DNA of 39,001 nucleotides. Source: Octopus sinensis. Its lineage: Eukaryota. Shown here piece after piece: positions 35,086 to 39,001 of this stretch. Positions within the stretch are counted from its first letter, which is position 1. Every line of letters starts with the position of its first letter. The notes beneath the pieces were generated by a model. It saw only the letters and a list, made by a program, of their open reading frames with translations, was not told where the DNA came from and made no database searches. The stretch is taken from contig NW_021835564.1 of assembly GCF_006345805.1 (NCBI RefSeq), positions 1 to 39,001 on the forward strand. The letters are read 5' to 3'. The position numbers and the translations under genes were made by a program.

Positions 35086-35689
35086 CAGTTGTCTGCCGGT
35101 TAGTGTGTGAAAGGAAGGAAAGAAATAGTTCAATGTGTGTGCGTGCAGAAGGTAATTTAAGCGAAATGCTCTTTGAACCGAAGTGTTTTTTCTTTGTTTC
35201 TTTTTTTGAGGAAAATTGGTAACTTCGTGGTTTGAACCGGTAACTAGAGACGAATCAGGTCATCTTGCTTCTCCTAAGATAATGGCGAATCTCTAACAGG
35301 TTAAACAAGTGGATGTAAGTATATTACCGAACAAAAGAAACGAACGTGAAGATTCATGTTTCGATCCTTGGTCACGAATGAAGGAGAACCTTGGTTTCAA
35401 ATTTTGGCACAAGGCCAGCAATTTCGGGGACCGGGTTAAGTCGATTACATCGACCTCAGTAATCAACTGGTACTTATTTTATCGACTCATCCCCTCACCC
35501 AAAACTGCTGCCCTTGTGGCAAAATTTGAAACCATTATTTTACAGGCTTAAAAAAGATACAGGGTTCGATGCGTTTGACTAAAAATCCTTCAAGATGGTG
35601 GCCAGCATGGCCGCAGTCAGATAACTGAATCAAATAAAAAGAATATATATATGGCCGACCAAAGCCTTGTGAGTTGATTTGGAAGCTAA

Positions 35690-36083
35690 TCTCTATATAA
35701 AGCTGTGTATGGCAGATATGGTAGCCTTCAACTAACACTATCTCCTACGACACCCTGCGGCGCAAGTTGACCAAAATTGAGAGTATGATAGAAGAAGGCT
35801 TGCTTTTCATTCTGTAGAAGAAAAAATTCAAATCGGACCATGTTAACATCAAAAATTACTTACATCAAAAATTACTTACATCAAAAAGGTGCTTTTTCTC
35901 TATGAAAATCCCTATTTTTTTCGATTTTTTGAGGTCTGTGTCAATATTTTTCGGTGTATTTCAACCAGAAAAATGTTCACTTAAAGAGAATAACAAGCTA
36001 CATAATGCAAAATTTTTACTTTTCAAAAATTCCAATTCTAAAGGGTCGAAACAAACCCGAGCAACGCCGGTCAATACTGCTAG
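35690..36083 (+). mobile_element. Helitron-type non-autonomous element
   Basis: A|TC start; CCCGAGCAACGCCGG hairpin; CTAG|T end. Confidence 0.85.
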
Positions 36084-36301
36084 TGTTAGAGAAAACTAGA
36101 CTACCTGTCACCCGTTGGGTAATCGGGAAACTGAGTTTCTCAGCAACAGAGTTTTGTTTCGTGGGTTGGAAAAAACTTAGAAACACTTAGAAACCTTGCT
36201 GATTCAGATCGGTCTTTCAAAGATCGGCTAATGTTAACTGTTCTTTCATTGGTAGAAAGGGGAAGTTTTCATGTTCCTAGAAAGACACAAATATATGTAC
36301 A

Positions 36302-36605
36302 CTAGCAGTATCTCTTTAAGTGAACATTTTTTCTGGTTGAAATACACCGAAAAATGTTGACACAACAGTCAAAAAATCGTACAAAATAGGGATTTTCATA
36401 GAAAAAAAGCACCTTTTTGATGTAATTAATTTTTGGTGTTAACATGGTCCGAATTGAATTTTTTCTTCTACGGAATGAAGAGCAAGCCTTCTTCTATCAT
36501 ACTCTCAATTGTGGTCAACTTGCGCCGTAGGGTCTCGGAGGAGATAGTGTTAGTTGAAGGCTACCAAACCTGCCATACACAGACAACTTCAGCTTTATAT
36601 AGAGA
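36302..36605 (-). mobile_element. Helitron-type element with internal deletion, inverted relative to 35690-36083
   Basis: Reverse complement of the same family; the 3' hairpin is deleted but the CTAG|T end is retained. Confidence 0.8.
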
Positions 36606-36793
36606 TTAGCTCAAATTTCGGCCTGAATGTCATGTACCCAATTTATTTTTTTATTCTTTTCTTTTATTCTTTTAATGGTTTCAGTCGTAGGACTGCGGTC
36701 ATGCTGGAGTACTGCTTTAATTCATTTTCTTTCAGTTTTGTTGTCGCTTTGTGGATGGAAGTTGGTCTATGACTAAGTTTTTAGCAGCCGGTC

Positions 36794-37197
36794 TGAGCTG
36801 GGAGAAATGTTAGCACGCCGGGCGAAATACTTCGCGGTATTTTGTCTGCCGCTAATTCTGAGTTCAAATTCTGCCGAGGTCGACTTTGCCTTTCATCCTT
36901 TCGGGGTCGATTAAATAAGTACCAGTTACTGGGGTCGATATAATCGACTTAATCCGTTTGTCTGTCCTTGTTTGTCCTCTCCGTGTTTAGCCCCTTGTGG
37001 GTAGTAAAGAAACAGGTATTTCGTCTGCCATTACGTTCTGAGTTCAAATTCCGCCGAGGTCGACTTTGCCTTTCATCCTTTCGGGGTCGATTAAATAAGT
37101 ACCAGTTACGCACTGAGGTCGATATAATCGACTTAATCCGTGTGTCTGTCCTTGTTTGTCTTCTCTGTGTTTAGCCCCTTGTGGGTAGTAAAGAAAT
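36794..37197 (+). mobile_element. SINE family B, dimeric form
   Basis: Same internal duplication junction (AAGAAACAGGTATTTCGTCTG). Confidence 0.85.
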
Positions 37198-37494
37198 GGG
37201 TCTTCCCTGACTATCATTGAATGGTTGGCTGGTCCGGAATCGTCGTTAGGAGTTTATCCAATACTCTTACTCTTTACTCTTTTACTTGTTTCAGTCATTT
37301 GACTGCGGCCATGCTGGAGCACCGCCTTTTTTAATCGAGCAAATCGACCCCGGGACTTATTCTTTGTAAGCCTAGTACTTATTCTATCGGTCTCTTTTGC
37401 CGAACCGCTAAGTGACGGGGACGTAAACACACCAGCATCGGTTGTCAAGCAATGCTAGGGGGACAAACACACAAACACATACATACATACATAT

Positions 37495-37525
<31 letters not shown>

Positions 37526-37526
37526 G

Positions 37527-37564
<38 letters not shown>

Positions 37565-37903
37565 TAATTATATCTATATATATATTTTATGTATTGGCAT
37601 CCTTTCTGTCTCGGGAGACAATGGAGTTGCGCATGTTTTTTTTTTTTGTTTTTCTTTTGTAGTCTAGTCCGGCTTTATATTTCATGTCCTGATACATTTC
37701 CTGCTGTGGCTGTGTAGTCCTATCCTGGACAAACACTCCCTCTGGCAGGTACCCGCGCAAATGTAGCGAAGACTGTTCCTGGCTGGTTGTAGTGCCATAG
37801 TCTCTTGTTTACGTCATAGTCTATATATATTTACGTCATAGTCTATATATATATATATATATATAGTCTATATATAGTCTATATATATATATCATAGTCT
37901 AAG

Positions 37904-37955
37904 GAGCTTCTACAGGACTAGAACTGTTTCATTCAATGAAATCATCAGGAAGCTC
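37904..37955 (-). ncRNA. Type I hammerhead ribozyme
   Basis: Minus strand: GAGCUUC-CUGAUGA-u UUC auu GAA u-GAAA-CAG uucuaguc CUG-UA-GAAGCUC. Perfect 7-bp stem I, GUA triplet, U.U at the base of stem II. Confidence 0.8.
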
Positions 37956-37958
37956 ATC

Positions 37959-38009
37959 GGCTTCCTGATGATTTCATTTGAATGAAACGTTCTAGTCCTG
38001 TAGAAGCTC
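37959..38009 (+). ncRNA. Type I hammerhead ribozyme (inverted copy)
   Basis: GGCUUC-CUGAUGA(37965-37971)-stem II-GAAA(37984-37987)-C..G-UA(38001-38002)-GAAGCU. It lacks one A in stem III relative to the minus-strand copy. Confidence 0.7.
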
Positions 38010-38105
38010 CTTCTATAAAATAAATTAATTTACTCTGCTATGTATTGAGTACCTTATTTACTGTGGTTAACCCCGACTCAACCCGGGACCTACATATATA
38101 TATAT

Positions 38106-38173
<68 letters not shown>

Positions 38174-38544
38174 TGAACCCGGAACCATGTGGTTGGTAAG
38201 CAAGCTACTTACCACACAGCCACTCCTGCGTTTTTTTCCCCTTCTTCTTATTTTCTTAATGTTTCAATAGAAATTCCATTCATATTTCTGATTTCTTTGG
38301 GTAGGCAGCTGAAGGATAGATAAATTGTTTTTATAAAAAAACTCTTTGTTGTTCCTTAATAAGGGTCAGAAAGAATAGCAGGTGAAACAACCTTGCCATA
38401 TTGACGTGATTTATGCAAAAACACAGGTTCACATAAATGAGGTCAGAGGGTGCGATGTTCGTGTGTCGTAATGACATTTCGAAACGAAGACGAATAAGAC
38501 GTTCCCCACTTGACAGTCCCTTCGATAAAGCTGTGCGTGTGTGT

Positions 38545-38586
<42 letters not shown>

Positions 38587-38863
38587 TTGTCATCAACAAT
38601 TAAATCTCTTATTCTTTATTTTGTTATGTAAATTTTGTTCTTCCATCTTTGCGTTACGGCAGACATCTTAAGTTTTTCAGCTTTTCTTTCTGTTCCCTAT
38701 ATCACGTGATCACGTGATGTAGGTGGCATTTCCTCTTGTTATTCTCGACGCCATTATTCACAATTGTTCAAAAAACAACAAAAAAAAACATCTCAAAATC
38801 AATAAAAATAAACCCCCAACCCATTTTCTACTTTTCTCGTTCATCATCGTGACAATAAAATCC

Positions 38864-39001
38864 GGATCTTTTCGGTTTGAGCGGCAGTTTTTAACATAAT
38901 TTCCTGGTAACTAAAAAATTTTAAACTTCGTATCCTGGTAGAATGTGTTTATAAGACATCTTTTTCTCTTGGCTTTCTTGAGAAAATTCTATAGCTTGTA
39001 A
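38864..39001 (-). mobile_element. 28-bp-TIR MITE end, truncated by the window
   Basis: GGATCTTTTCGGTTTGAGCGGCAGTTTT at 38864. Confidence 0.8.

Larger units (their letters stand above)
37262..38230 (-). mobile_element. SINE family A split at its internal microsatellite by nested insertions
   Basis: Tail at 37262-37495 and head remnant at 38174-38230. Between them are (TA)n tracts and two unrelated inserts (~37580-37830 and 37901-38092). Confidence 0.75.

Overview
Repeat-dense eukaryotic DNA, very probably from an Octopus genome, judged from the recognisable octopus-type tRNA-derived SINE families and abundant (TA)n/(CA)n microsatellites. There is one credible protein-coding gene, an intronless GT31 beta-1,3-galactosyltransferase ORF (17643-18749, +). 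The rest is SINEs, CR1/L2 and RTE LINE fragments, Helitron-type and mariner-type non-autonomous DNA elements, a 28-bp-TIR MITE family, a ~4.56-kb 69-bp satellite and smaller tandem repeats. Nearly all other ORFs in the supplied track are microsatellite or repeat artefacts. The main unexplained signal is a set of eight type I hammerhead-ribozyme (HHR)-like motifs in unrelated sequence contexts. Most sit in short elements embedded in (TA)n tracts, one pair is head-to-head in a fold-back, and two lie directly behind tRNA-derived Pol III heads; the best is tRNA-Arg(TCG)-like head + HHR + T6 at 25646-25815. A second notable structure is the 69-bp satellite, apparently amplified from the junction between a SINE head and its flank. 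All RNA structures were paired by eye; no folding, covariance-model or database search was run.
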